Made by a program: the position numbers and the translations under genes. The notes below the pieces were generated by a model. That model was given only the letters and a program-made list of their open reading frames with translations. It did not search any database and was not told where the DNA came from. From a virus, in the IMG/VR virus record IMGVR_UViG_3300027906_000003, positions 59,821-123,820 of that record: DNA of 64,000 nt, one strand, 5' to 3'. Within the stretch, counting starts at the first letter, position 1; the number at the start of each line of letters is the position of its first letter. Below, one piece after another: positions 20,615 through 30,415 of the stretch.

Positions 20615-20716
20615 ATGTCCAAAAAACAAGTTGAAAAACTTAGAGATACTATGGAGATAACCACTCTTGTGGCTATCTTCATGCTCTCTGTTGTTTCAAT
20701 TACAGGAATATCATAA
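20615..20716 (+). CDS. Small membrane peptide, 33 aa
   Basis: MSKKQVEKLRDTMEITTLVAIFMLSVVSITGIS; tightly coupled to neighbours. Confidence 0.55.
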   Translation: MSKKQVEKLRDTMEITTLVAIFMLSVVSITGIS

Positions 20717-20886
20717 TGAAAGAAGAAAAAGTATTGCAAATAGTGAACCTTTCTCCTAGTGAATCAGTAATAGAACGAATTGTTGAAGTTCACCCAATGA
20801 AACAAATTGCAGTCATGTCAGTAGTGCAAGTTCTTGTATTCGCTTTTATGATGTTATCCTTTTGGTCAATAAACCTATTCTTATGA
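20716..20886 (+). CDS. Small membrane protein, 56 aa
   Basis: TAATG coupling; C-terminal TM helix. Confidence 0.6.
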   Translation: MKEEKVLQIVNLSPSESVIERIVEVHPMKQIAVMSVVQVLVFAFMMLSFWSINLFL

Positions 20887-21017
20887 AACACTATATAATA
20901 TACACAATGATGAGTTTATGTATGTTTTACCTTGCAATTGGTGAAATGGATAGAATGAGTCGTGCTACCGAGTTCATAACTACTAGTTATAGAGTTAAAG
21001 ATGTTATCTCTTCCTAA
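20883..21017 (+). CDS. Small membrane/secreted peptide, 44 aa
   Basis: ATGA coupling; N-terminal hydrophobic helix. Confidence 0.55.
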   Translation: MKHYIIYTMMSLCMFYLAIGEMDRMSRATEFITTSYRVKDVISS

Positions 21018-21115
21018 TGGTTCCCTAACCGGCAACATATTCATTTTATCATAAATTCCTCCTTTGTATAGTGGTTTTTTAATAAAAACTTAAAAAAAAT
21101 AAATATAAAAACCAC

Positions 21116-21144
21116 CTTACAGGACACAGGAAATTGTGTATAAT
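21116..21144 (+). promoter_or_regulatory. Sigma70-type promoter for gp55
   Basis: CTTACA-17 nt-TATAAT, ATG 6 nt downstream. Confidence 0.7.
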
Positions 21145-21150
21145 GTATAC

Positions 21151-21699
21151 ATGACTACGAAAAAAGTAAACGAACACTATGTAAACAACAAAGAGTTCAC
21201 TGCGGCTGTTGCTGAATACTCAGCAGGAATCAAAGAAGCCAAGGCCAATGACACTGAACTCCCTAAAATGTCTGAATACATAGGTGAATGTATCTACAAA
21301 ATTGCTACTCGACTATCGACTAGACCCAATTTTATCAATTATACCTACAGAGACGAAATGATATGTGATGCAATCGAAAATTGTATTCAGTATATCGGAA
21401 ACTTCAATGTAGAAAAGTCAAACAACGCATTTGCGTATATCACTCAGATATGCTATTATGCTTTCCTAAGAAGGATTCAAAAAGAAAAGAAACAAGTCTA
21501 TATTAAACAGAAGACCATTGAAGAAAGTGGTATCACTATGGATGCTTTTGAAACTATCGATGGCCAACACGACCCAAGTTTATCGAACACGAATGTTGAA
21601 TGGATGCAGGAGAACATGAATCGTGTTGAATATGAACCACGCAAGTCTAAAAGAAAGACTGCGGTAAAAAAGAAAAACTTAGAAAACTTTACTGAATGA
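21151..21699 (+). CDS. gp55: Late sigma factor gp55
   Basis: HYVNNKEF, RPNFINYTYRDEMICDAIENC, AFAYITQICYYAFLRRIQKEKKQ. Confidence 0.95.
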   Translation: MTTKKVNEHYVNNKEFTAAVAEYSAGIKEAKANDTELPKMSEYIGECIYKIATRLSTRPNFINYTYRDEMICDAIENCIQYIGNFNVEKSNNAFAYITQICYYAFLRRIQKEKKQVYIKQKTIEESGITMDAFETIDGQHDPSLSNTNVEWMQENMNRVEYEPRKSKRKTAVKKKNLENFTE

Positions 21700-22763
21700 A
21701 AATAGCATTGCTGAATGACACACACGCAGGTGTCCGAGGTGATATGGAGGCAATGGCCAAATACCAAGGTCGTTTCTATGAAGAAATATTCTTCCCATAT
21801 CTAAAAGAAAACAATATAGACCATATCATTCATTTGGGTGATTACTTCGATAGAAGGAAGTATGTAAACTTTGCAACTCTAAAAGCCAATAGAGAACACT
21901 TTATAGAACCCTTAATAAAAAATGATATCTCTATGGACTTAATCATAGGGAATCATGACACTTATTATAAGTCTACAAATGATGTCAATGCACCACAACT
22001 ATTGTTATTCAATGAGGCAAACATAAATGTAATTACAGAACCTTGTGTAAATGAATACGATGGTTTTAATATTGCAATGGTACCTTGGATTAATCCTGAA
22101 AACTATGCTGAGACTGTAGAATTTTTAAGAGCTGCAGAGGCAAGTTGGTGTATGGGTCATTTTGAGTTCGAAGGAGCTTTGATGATGCCAGGCATGACAT
22201 GTCAACATGGATTTGACCACTCTTATGTAAAGAGATTTGAAAAAGTTTTATCAGGTCATTTTCATCAGAAATCAGAGTTTGCAAATATCAGATATCTAGG
22301 AAGTCAAATGCAATTTACTTGGTCAGATTATGGAGACCAAAAGTATTTTCATATCTTTGATACTGATACACAAGAACTAACACCAGTTTTAAACCCATTA
22401 ACATTATTTGAGAAAGCCTTTTATGATGATTCTAAAGAATCATTTGAGACTATTGCAAATGCAGACTACAGTAATTATGCAGGAAAGTTTACAAAAGTTA
22501 TTGTAGTTAATAAAGACAACCCTTATTGGTTTGATACTTTCTTAGATAAGATACACGCAGAAGGACCTCTTCATGTTTCTGTTGTTGATGATAATAAACA
22601 TATGGACTTCTTCGAAGATGATGAGATAGAAGATGTTGAAGATACTCTTACTATACTTTCAAAGTATGTTGATTCACTAGACATACAAGGAAAGAAAAAA
22701 CCCCTTAACGATATTATGCAAGGGTTATATAATGAAGCACTTGATGAACACTCTTACTTATGA
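21696..22763 (+). CDS. gp47: Recombination endonuclease gp47 (Mre11/SbcD-like)
   Basis: DTH, GDYFDRRK, GNHD, SGHFH metallophosphoesterase motifs. Confidence 0.95.
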   Translation: MKIALLNDTHAGVRGDMEAMAKYQGRFYEEIFFPYLKENNIDHIIHLGDYFDRRKYVNFATLKANREHFIEPLIKNDISMDLIIGNHDTYYKSTNDVNAPQLLLFNEANINVITEPCVNEYDGFNIAMVPWINPENYAETVEFLRAAEASWCMGHFEFEGALMMPGMTCQHGFDHSYVKRFEKVLSGHFHQKSEFANIRYLGSQMQFTWSDYGDQKYFHIFDTDTQELTPVLNPLTLFEKAFYDDSKESFETIANADYSNYAGKFTKVIVVNKDNPYWFDTFLDKIHAEGPLHVSVVDDNKHMDFFEDDEIEDVEDTLTILSKYVDSLDIQGKKKPLNDIMQGLYNEALDEHSYL

Positions 22764-24475
22764 TAACATTTAGGAATATTAAATACAAAAATTTACTATC
22801 GTCTGGTAATACCTTTACCGAAATATCTTTAGATTCTAATGATACTACACTTATTCTTGGTGAGAATGGTGCAGGTAAATCTACCTTACTTGATGCACTA
22901 TGTTTTGCATTATATGGTAAAGGGTTTAGAAATCTTAAAAAAGACTTATTAGTTAACTCACTTAATCAAAGAGATTTATTAGTAGAGTTAGAATTTTCAA
23001 TTGGCAAAAGAGATTACAAAGTAATTCGTGGTGCCAAACCAAACAAGTTTGAATTGTATCTTAATGACACTTTCATTAATCAAGATGCAACCGTCAAAGA
23101 CTACCAAGAACACTTAGAGAAGAACATACTCAAAATGAGTTATCGTTCTTTTACACAGGTGGCAATATTAGGTTCTGCCAACTTTACTCCTTTTATGCAG
23201 TTAAAAGCATTACATAGAAGAAAGTTAGTTGAAGACCTACTTGATATATCAATCTTTTCAACCATGATGGAGATTCTTCGTAAGAAGATTGCAAGTCATA
23301 AAGTTGAATTGAAAGATACTGAACATGAGATTGACTTATTAGAAGAGAGAGTCTCAGGACTCAATGAACAACTCAATGCACTCCGTGAAAATCGTAATGA
23401 AAAACTTGAAAAGTTTCAACACAATGTTGATGAAACAGAAACAAACATTACAAAACTTTTAGGAGACATAGATGAAAAGACGCAAGATGTGGTGGAGAAA
23501 AAATCCTCAATCGATAATAAAGACACGACTGAGACTAGACTCAAACAAGTTGTTGACATGGAGGCTAAACTTGAAGACGCTAGAAGAAAAGCAATTAAAG
23601 ACATTAAATTCTATGAAGACAATGACAATTGTCCAACATGCAAACAAGGTTTAGAACATGAACACAAAGAGAAATGTATACAGGAAAAACAAACTAAGAT
23701 TGCAGAAATCAAGGAGGCGGTGTCAACACTCGAAGAGCAAGTCACAGAAATCAATGGTGAACTACAACGAATCAACGGAGTCCAAGACGACATAAACACT
23801 ATTCAAAAAGAAATTGGTTTATTACAGGCAGAAATAACATCTAATCAAAAATATACTCAGAAGATTAACAAAGAGATTGATGAGTTAAAGAATGAAGTAA
23901 ATGCAAATGATGATGTTCAGGATAAGATTGATGATGTTGAAGAGAAGTTAAACATACTACATTCTAAAAAAGAATCTATGGTTGAGAAAGAACATTACTA
24001 TGATATTGCATCAATGTTATTAAGAGACCAAGGTGTTAAACAAAAGATTATTAAACAGTATGTTCCTATTATGAATAAACTTATTAATAAGTATCTTGCA
24101 CAATTAGAATTCTATGTGGGGTTTGAATTGAATGAGGCATTCGAAGAGACTATTAAGTCCAGATTTAGAGACGAATTCAAATACGATAACTTTTCACAAG
24201 GAGAAAAGATGAGAATTGACCTTGCATTACTATTCACATGGAGAAGTGTTGCAAGAATGAAGAACTCGGTTAACACTAACTTGTTGATATTAGATGAAGT
24301 TTTTGATTCTTCACTTGATGCACAAGGTACCGATGACTTCTTTAAGTTGTTGCATACACTTACAGAGAAAACCAATTGTTTTATTATCTCACATAAAGGT
24401 GATGCACTATATGATAAGTTTGAAAATGTTTTAAGATTTGAAAAACATAAGAACTTCTCCAGACTCGCAAGTTAA
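22760..24475 (+). CDS. gp46: Recombination ATPase gp46 (Rad50/SbcC-like)
   Basis: GENGAGKS, CPTC zinc hook, FSQGEKMRIDLAL, LILDEVFDSSLD. Confidence 0.96.
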   Translation: MITFRNIKYKNLLSSGNTFTEISLDSNDTTLILGENGAGKSTLLDALCFALYGKGFRNLKKDLLVNSLNQRDLLVELEFSIGKRDYKVIRGAKPNKFELYLNDTFINQDATVKDYQEHLEKNILKMSYRSFTQVAILGSANFTPFMQLKALHRRKLVEDLLDISIFSTMMEILRKKIASHKVELKDTEHEIDLLEERVSGLNEQLNALRENRNEKLEKFQHNVDETETNITKLLGDIDEKTQDVVEKKSSIDNKDTTETRLKQVVDMEAKLEDARRKAIKDIKFYEDNDNCPTCKQGLEHEHKEKCIQEKQTKIAEIKEAVSTLEEQVTEINGELQRINGVQDDINTIQKEIGLLQAEITSNQKYTQKINKEIDELKNEVNANDDVQDKIDDVEEKLNILHSKKESMVEKEHYYDIASMLLRDQGVKQKIIKQYVPIMNKLINKYLAQLEFYVGFELNEAFEETIKSRFRDEFKYDNFSQGEKMRIDLALLFTWRSVARMKNSVNTNLLILDEVFDSSLDAQGTDDFFKLLHTLTEKTNCFIISHKGDALYDKFENVLRFEKHKNFSRLAS

Positions 24476-24488
24476 TATAAATAGTATT

Positions 24489-25973
24489 ATGAAATCTTTT
24501 CAACAATACACCACACCAAAACTAGAAGAAACTAGATTAGACTTACCTAAGCCTAAACTTATGGAAGCTTCTATTCTTAAACCTGATTATGTTATAGGTC
24601 ATAAGTTCTTATATAAAGGTGGAATATCTGAAATGGATAAAGAAGGATTCGTATACGGAGATATCTTTACTGCAGTAAAACCAAACAACAATAACATCTT
24701 TATAGGAAAAGAAGATGGTGAATTTGAGAAATGGTTAGAATGCAACGGTAAGACCTTTCATATTAAAGGTTCTAAATCATACAAATCAGGTGATTTCAAT
24801 CATGTAAAAGAAAGTGGTGATACACCAAGTGGTGCTCAGTGGGAAGAACTTATCATCTTTGAATACAATAAACTTAACAGACAGAAAAACGAAAAGGAAA
24901 TAATACAAACTGCAGAAAGATTTGCATTACATTTACCACAGGCAAAAGAAATTGCAAAGAACTTTAATAAGAATCTATCAGAAAAAAGATTAGTTTCAAC
25001 AGGTAAGGGTGGAATATCGGTAAGTCTATCTAACATTTATACTAGTGCGGGTGCTTCAAACAAAACACCGAAAACAGATATTGCAGGTTCATCCTTTAAA
25101 GAAAAGATATCACTTAAAAAAGAGGGTGGTTCTCAGTTAATGTCAGGTTCAAAAGGTGAGGCAATTGCAACTGTAAACGCTGCCTTATCACAAATGGGTG
25201 AACATAAACCTTTTGCAAAGGGGTTAACTAAGGCAATGGAAGAAGGAATGTCTTCTTTAATAACCAGAGAAACAGTCACATCATTAAACAAAAGGATAAA
25301 AGATGGTGAGTCAGACGAGGCAATCGTTGACTTCCAAAAGAAAGATACAGACAATAGAGAGTTAACTAATCTATTAGGTTCATACATTAACAATGATAGT
25401 GCCGCGAACAAATTATTCTCACTCAATATTATATTAGAGGCCTCAACAGGCAATGTTAAATTTGATGGTGGACAGGCCTCAGCAAATCTACTAGGTAAGT
25501 TTTCAGTTAAAGACTCATCAGTTCAAGTAGAACCAATAACATCTATCAACGATAGTATAATTAAAAAGTATGCAGGTTCAGTAAGACCTTATGTTGCATT
25601 CAAAAAGGGTGGTGGCAATTCAGCAGCTTATTCTGCTATGAGATTATCACTTAGAGAACAAGGTATAGAAAATTTACAGACATTGGTATTAAATGAGATA
25701 AATGGTATTGACGAATTCAATACTCTTCTTACAGAAGACTTCTTAGAAGAAGGAGCATTAGATATGATTAAGAGAGCAGGCAGTTGGGCAAAAGATTTAG
25801 GTCCTAAGGTTTGGAACAAGTTTCAGAATATGATTAAGAAAGTAATGCAGTCTATTACTAAAGCACTAAATAAAATTGCAAGTATGGGCAAAAGGATGTT
25901 CGAATCATTAATGAATTTTTTAGGACTAGAAATTAGTCATGTTAATAATGTTCCAGTGAATGTAAGTTTATAA
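24489..25973 (+). CDS. Late protein with putative PD-(D/E)xK nuclease-like core
   Basis: TATAAATA at 24476; QWEE..TPKTDI..KISLKK; CTS-like N-terminus. Confidence 0.5.
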   Translation: MKSFQQYTTPKLEETRLDLPKPKLMEASILKPDYVIGHKFLYKGGISEMDKEGFVYGDIFTAVKPNNNNIFIGKEDGEFEKWLECNGKTFHIKGSKSYKSGDFNHVKESGDTPSGAQWEELIIFEYNKLNRQKNEKEIIQTAERFALHLPQAKEIAKNFNKNLSEKRLVSTGKGGISVSLSNIYTSAGASNKTPKTDIAGSSFKEKISLKKEGGSQLMSGSKGEAIATVNAALSQMGEHKPFAKGLTKAMEEGMSSLITRETVTSLNKRIKDGESDEAIVDFQKKDTDNRELTNLLGSYINNDSAANKLFSLNIILEASTGNVKFDGGQASANLLGKFSVKDSSVQVEPITSINDSIIKKYAGSVRPYVAFKKGGGNSAAYSAMRLSLREQGIENLQTLVLNEINGIDEFNTLLTEDFLEEGALDMIKRAGSWAKDLGPKVWNKFQNMIKKVMQSITKALNKIASMGKRMFESLMNFLGLEISHVNNVPVNVSL

Positions 25974-25976
25974 AAT

Positions 25977-26579
25977 ATGTATCAATTAGTAGAAGAAGCC
26001 AGTAAAGTATTAAGACAACCACCAGAGATTTTCGATTTTGAAAATCCACCAGAAGACCCAAAAGAAATTGAAAAGAATATGGCAGAAGCCATGGATAAAT
26101 TTGGTGGTCTTGGTTTATCTGCAAATCAGGTTGGACTTCCATACAGAATGTTCGTAATGAGAACACAAGACGGAACTCAGGCATTCTTCAATCCAGAACT
26201 AACAAAAGTATCACAAGAAACAGACCTACTTAAAGAGGGTTGTTTATCATTTCCAGATATTTACTTAATGATTAAAAGAAGTAAAGTAGTTGAAATGAAA
26301 TATTATGATGCCGAAGGAGAGGAACATATAACTACACTTGACGGAATAGGTTCAAGATGTGTTCAACATGAGATAGACCATTTAAATGGTATACTCTTCT
26401 TACAAAGAGCTTCTAAATTGAAGTTAGAAAGAGCATTAAAAGTAAGACCAAAAGAGAGAAGAAAAAGAATAGATTTCGAAAGACGACAAGCCTTTGCTCG
26501 TGCCTTACAAGAAGCACAACAGGAAAAAGAAAATAATGAATCAAGTGAATCCACAGGAGAAAAAGCAGTATCAGCCTGA
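25977..26579 (+). CDS. def: Peptide deformylase
   Basis: GLGLSANQVG, EGCLS, QHEIDHLNG. Confidence 0.95.
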   Translation: MYQLVEEASKVLRQPPEIFDFENPPEDPKEIEKNMAEAMDKFGGLGLSANQVGLPYRMFVMRTQDGTQAFFNPELTKVSQETDLLKEGCLSFPDIYLMIKRSKVVEMKYYDAEGEEHITTLDGIGSRCVQHEIDHLNGILFLQRASKLKLERALKVRPKERRKRIDFERRQAFARALQEAQQEKENNESSESTGEKAVSA

Positions 26580-27225
26580 GATTTATCTTGTAGATAGTTT
26601 TACACAAGACGAATGTTGGTTTCTGATAGACTGGTTCAAACACAATAGAGACCTATGTTCTGTAGGTTCATCTTTTGATTATAGTGCAATCACAAAACAC
26701 ACAATCTTAGATAATCGTGTAAGAAAACTTTTTAATCGTATGACATTCGATAACATATCATTTCTTAACGAACTCTTACATAAAAACTATTATCCTGAAA
26801 TGTCACTATTGGCAGAATGGCCTATCGGAGGTCAACAACACCCACATGTAGATACATATTCCACATATGAAGTTGATAAACCAGATGAGGAATTACAAGG
26901 TCATTTAGCTAATAATACTGCAAGTTTCGTAAAAAAAGAAGACCCAAATCGTGAATGGACTAGTATAACCTATCTGAATACCAACTATAATGGTGGGGAA
27001 ACATGGTTTCCAGAGTTCGCACAGTCGTTTTATGGTGATTCCTACAGACACAAACCAATACAAGGTCAATCGGTCATCTTCCGTGGTGTCTCCACGCTAC
27101 ATGGAGTCTCTCCAGTGAGACGGAACAGTCGATATACTATTGCACAATGGTATACTAGCAAACAAGAGAATATACTCACCGACCTTACTACCGAAGACAT
27201 TCGTCTAACTCAATTCGACCTTTAA
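26536..27225 (+). CDS. 2OG-Fe(II) oxygenase (prolyl 4-hydroxylase-like)
   Basis: HVD, YLNTNYNGGETWF, HGVSPV, RYTIAQW. Confidence 0.8.
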   Translation: MNQVNPQEKKQYQPEIYLVDSFTQDECWFLIDWFKHNRDLCSVGSSFDYSAITKHTILDNRVRKLFNRMTFDNISFLNELLHKNYYPEMSLLAEWPIGGQQHPHVDTYSTYEVDKPDEELQGHLANNTASFVKKEDPNREWTSITYLNTNYNGGETWFPEFAQSFYGDSYRHKPIQGQSVIFRGVSTLHGVSPVRRNSRYTIAQWYTSKQENILTDLTTEDIRLTQFDL

Positions 27226-27263
27226 TCTAGGCGTTGCCAATGCGTATCATCTTTTGATACCAT
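27223..27263 (+). repeat. 41-bp early-promoter repeat, copy 1
   Basis: 36/41 identical to 27484-27524. Confidence 0.85.
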
Positions 27264-27291
27264 GGTTGCATAGATTGAAAAAGGAGACGAA

Positions 27292-27486
27292 ATGAGTAAT
27301 ACAGTAAATGACAACATTAAAGAAGGAATCGCAGACGATGTGTGTGCAATGGCCGCTGATGATATATGGAATGTGATTTTTGCAATCGCAAATGATTATG
27401 GAATAGACAAACTTCCATATACCAAAGATAATGATACTTTCATTGATACATTAATTGCACTGAAAGTTGCAGACTTAGGTATATAA
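27292..27486 (+). CDS. Small acidic early protein
   Basis: AAGGAG SD; flanked by the promoter repeats. Confidence 0.7.
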   Translation: MSNTVNDNIKEGIADDVCAMAADDIWNVIFAIANDYGIDKLPYTKDNDTFIDTLIALKVADLGI

Positions 27487-27524
27487 TCTAGGCGTTGACA
27501 AAGCATATCACTTTTTGATACCAT
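27484..27524 (+). repeat. 41-bp early-promoter repeat, copy 2
   Basis: TTGACA-18 nt-TACCAT, ATG 6 nt downstream. Confidence 0.85.
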
Positions 27525-27530
27525 ATACAC

Positions 27531-29900
27531 ATGACTGAGAGATTAAAAACCCAAAAAGACAACCTTGCAAAATTACTTGCAAAGGAAAACTTAACAATTG
27601 TGCATAGGAAAGTTCCTACTGCATACTTTGATTTGAAGAATAGACTATTATGTTGTCCTATTCTTAAAGAAGATATATCTTCTGAACTTTATGACTTGTT
27701 TATGGGTCACGAAGTTTCTCATGCACTGAATACTCCTTATGAGGGTGTTCATTCTGCAGTCTCAAAAAACAGAACACTTAAAGGATATCTTAATGTTGTA
27801 GAAGATGTCAGAATTGAGAGAATGATTAAAGACACATATCCTGGTCTTAGAAAATCATTCTTCAAAGCATATAACGAATTAATGGATATCGATTTCTTCG
27901 GTATTAAAGAAAAGAATTTACAAGAACTTTCACTGATTGATAAAATTAATCTGATTACAAAATGTGGTTCAAGGATTCAAATAAAACTTTCTAAAGTTGA
28001 ACAAGAATTTTTAGATTGGGCAATTAGATGTGAGACATGGGAAGAAGTTGAAGAATGTGCAACTGCAATCTATGAATGGTCAAAAGAAAATGAGACAAGA
28101 ACTTCTGATGATGAGAAGTTAATTCCTCAAATGTTCGATATTGGTGATGATGAAGAGTCAGATGAAGATGAAGAAGAAAACATGGAAGACTTCGGTGAAG
28201 ATTCAGATTCTTATGAAGACCCTTATGAAGATTCAAATGAAGAAGATGATGATAATCTTCCAGATATAGATGATGGTGATTCTGAGGGTGATGAAGAAGC
28301 TGAAGAAGAAGAAGTAGAAGAGAGAAAAGCTACTGGTAAAAAAGGTGGTGAGGGTTTCGGTCCAGAAAATTACGATGATGAAGATGGTGCTAGAGAGTCT
28401 ATTACAGAACACAATGCACATAACAATGAAGGCCAATTTATTTCAGAAGATAATGTGGTTGTTAGTCACATCAACATGAAAGAAATCATGAATAGTGAGA
28501 ACATCAAAGACATTGTTTATCCTTACAAAAAAGTTAGACAAGATTGGAAATGGTTCTTCGAAGGAAAAGACAAGTATGGAAAAGAGGTTGATTATCAGAC
28601 TGATAAAGACCTTGCAAAGATTAAAACAATGGCAGAGAGAAGTGCCAAGAAATTAGTTGATAAGAATAAAAAAGTTGTAATGCACATGGCAAAAGAGTTC
28701 GAAATGAAAGCAGCTGCCTATGCTCAAGCACACGCATTCACTGGTAAGACTGGTAAGTTAGATATGAATAGACTTGCTAAGTATCAAATCGTTGATGATG
28801 TTTTCAAAAGAATGACATATCTTCCAGAAGGAAAGAATCATGGTGTTCAAGTTCTACTTGACTGGTCTGGTTCTATTTCAAATGAAGTTATGGACTTATT
28901 AGAGCAATCATTAGTTCTTGCAATGTTCTGTAAAAAGGTTGATATACCTTTCAGAGTTTATTTGTTCTCAGACCAAATTGGTTATAATGAGCAGTATGGT
29001 TGGGATACTGATAGAAGTAAAGTTGGTCTTGTAGAAATGTTATCAAATGAAATGAAGTCAAAAGAATACTTAGACGCACTTACAATTATGGGTGGTCTTT
29101 ATAATGAGTTCTATTGTTCAAACATTGGTAGTTATCATAGCAGACACTTTGAAAAAAAGGCTACAGCATACAATGAGTGGTTTCATGGTGTTGACTGGAT
29201 TGACCCCGATGGATATTTCTGGAACACAAGATACAATCACCCAAATGGATATGGATTGGGTGGAACTCCTCTTGACCAGTGTTTAGTTGGCCTAAGAAGA
29301 TTGATTCCAGAATTCAACAAGCAGTATGGTATTGAGAAATCAATTTTAACAATCATTACAGATGGTTACAGTCATAGAGCAGATTGTCTTTATCAAAGTC
29401 AAGAAGAGTCAGAACAAATCAAAGAACAATTAGATGGTGCTGACCATTGGGATGTGACAAAGATTAGAAAAATTGTTGACCCATATTCTGGTAGAGTCCA
29501 TGACTATGAACAAACAAGATATTATGGAAGTGATTTCATGAGAACTACAAATCTTTTAGAGTGGTTGAAATCAGAAACAGGAGTCACAACAACAGGATAC
29601 TTTGTTTGTGGCAGAAAATCCGACTTTCAAGATTTATTGTCTGCCATAGGAAAACTTGATGCTGATAATCAAGCCAAATGGTTAGAGACTAGAAGAACTG
29701 GTACCGTTTGGGAAACCAAAGGATACGGAAAACTATTCACAACTGCAGCGACAACTTTAGTTGTTGGTGGTGAAGACGAACTTGACGATGAATTAGTCGG
29801 TGCGAAGAAAGGTAAATTAACAACTGCCTTTAAGAAAAACCAAAAGACTAAAACAACATCAAGATTTTTAACTAACGAATTTATCAAGGAGATAGCATAA
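27531..29900 (+). CDS. CobT-like VWA protein with N-terminal HEXXH domain
   Basis: GHEVSH, NVVEDVRIE, acidic linker, LLDWSGS MIDAS, GGTPL, ITDG. Confidence 0.85.
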   Translation: MTERLKTQKDNLAKLLAKENLTIVHRKVPTAYFDLKNRLLCCPILKEDISSELYDLFMGHEVSHALNTPYEGVHSAVSKNRTLKGYLNVVEDVRIERMIKDTYPGLRKSFFKAYNELMDIDFFGIKEKNLQELSLIDKINLITKCGSRIQIKLSKVEQEFLDWAIRCETWEEVEECATAIYEWSKENETRTSDDEKLIPQMFDIGDDEESDEDEEENMEDFGEDSDSYEDPYEDSNEEDDDNLPDIDDGDSEGDEEAEEEEVEERKATGKKGGEGFGPENYDDEDGARESITEHNAHNNEGQFISEDNVVVSHINMKEIMNSENIKDIVYPYKKVRQDWKWFFEGKDKYGKEVDYQTDKDLAKIKTMAERSAKKLVDKNKKVVMHMAKEFEMKAAAYAQAHAFTGKTGKLDMNRLAKYQIVDDVFKRMTYLPEGKNHGVQVLLDWSGSISNEVMDLLEQSLVLAMFCKKVDIPFRVYLFSDQIGYNEQYGWDTDRSKVGLVEMLSNEMKSKEYLDALTIMGGLYNEFYCSNIGSYHSRHFEKKATAYNEWFHGVDWIDPDGYFWNTRYNHPNGYGLGGTPLDQCLVGLRRLIPEFNKQYGIEKSILTIITDGYSHRADCLYQSQEESEQIKEQLDGADHWDVTKIRKIVDPYSGRVHDYEQTRYYGSDFMRTTNLLEWLKSETGVTTTGYFVCGRKSDFQDLLSAIGKLDADNQAKWLETRRTGTVWETKGYGKLFTTAATTLVVGGEDELDDELVGAKKGKLTTAFKKNQKTKTTSRFLTNEFIKEIA

Positions 29901-30076
29901 TGGAAGTTATATTAAACGAAGACGATTATAGAGAATTTACTCAGAGAGTAGATATCGCATCATCAAAAGGTGTTGATGTTCCTCACATGGTCGAAACAAT
30001 AGGTGACAAATTTAAAATCACTTTATTGGAAAAGATTGATGTGGATTTATTAGACGAAATTACAGAGGTTCAGTAA
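29900..30076 (+). CDS. Hypothetical protein, 58 aa
   Basis: AGGAG SD, TAATG coupling at both ends; not in ORF track. Confidence 0.65.
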   Translation: MEVILNEDDYREFTQRVDIASSKGVDVPHMVETIGDKFKITLLEKIDVDLLDEITEVQ

Positions 30077-30345
30077 TGAGAGACCCATTAAAGGTAGATG
30101 AAGCCTATTATCATAATTTCGATAGTTCATATTCTAAATTTGCCGATGCGGTTATGGATGTTGGAGATAGCCCTTGTGTTAAATTCGAATGTCCAAGATT
30201 TAAGCAATGTGCTGAAGAAAAAGTAGAATGTAAAGCATTCAGATTTTGGGTTAACAATGGAGAAATGGAAACCTATTCTAAAAAAACTAAAGGTATGGTA
30301 TCAATTGAAAAAGACTTAGAGAGGATTTTAAGAATCTGTGAATAA
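30076..30345 (+). CDS. Hypothetical Cys-containing protein
   Basis: C-x4-C-x5-C-x6-C cluster, possible metal binding. Confidence 0.6.
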   Translation: MRDPLKVDEAYYHNFDSSYSKFADAVMDVGDSPCVKFECPRFKQCAEEKVECKAFRFWVNNGEMETYSKKTKGMVSIEKDLERILRICE

Positions 30346-30347
30346 GA

Positions 30348-30380
30348 GCGTTGACAATGCGTATCACTTTTTGTTACCAT
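30348..30380 (+). promoter_or_regulatory. Conserved early sigma70-type promoter
   Basis: GCG-TTGACA-ATGCGTATCACTTTTTGT-TACCAT. Confidence 0.8.
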
Positions 30381-30415
30381 ATCCAAATGATGAGAAATAA
30401 CGAAATGGAGGCTAT

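Noticed and set aside
27495-27512. CRP or FNR site in the early promoters linking them to the phage cyclase
   Set aside because: TTGA..TCAC spacing does not fit TGTGA-N6-TCACA or TTGAT-N4-ATCAA
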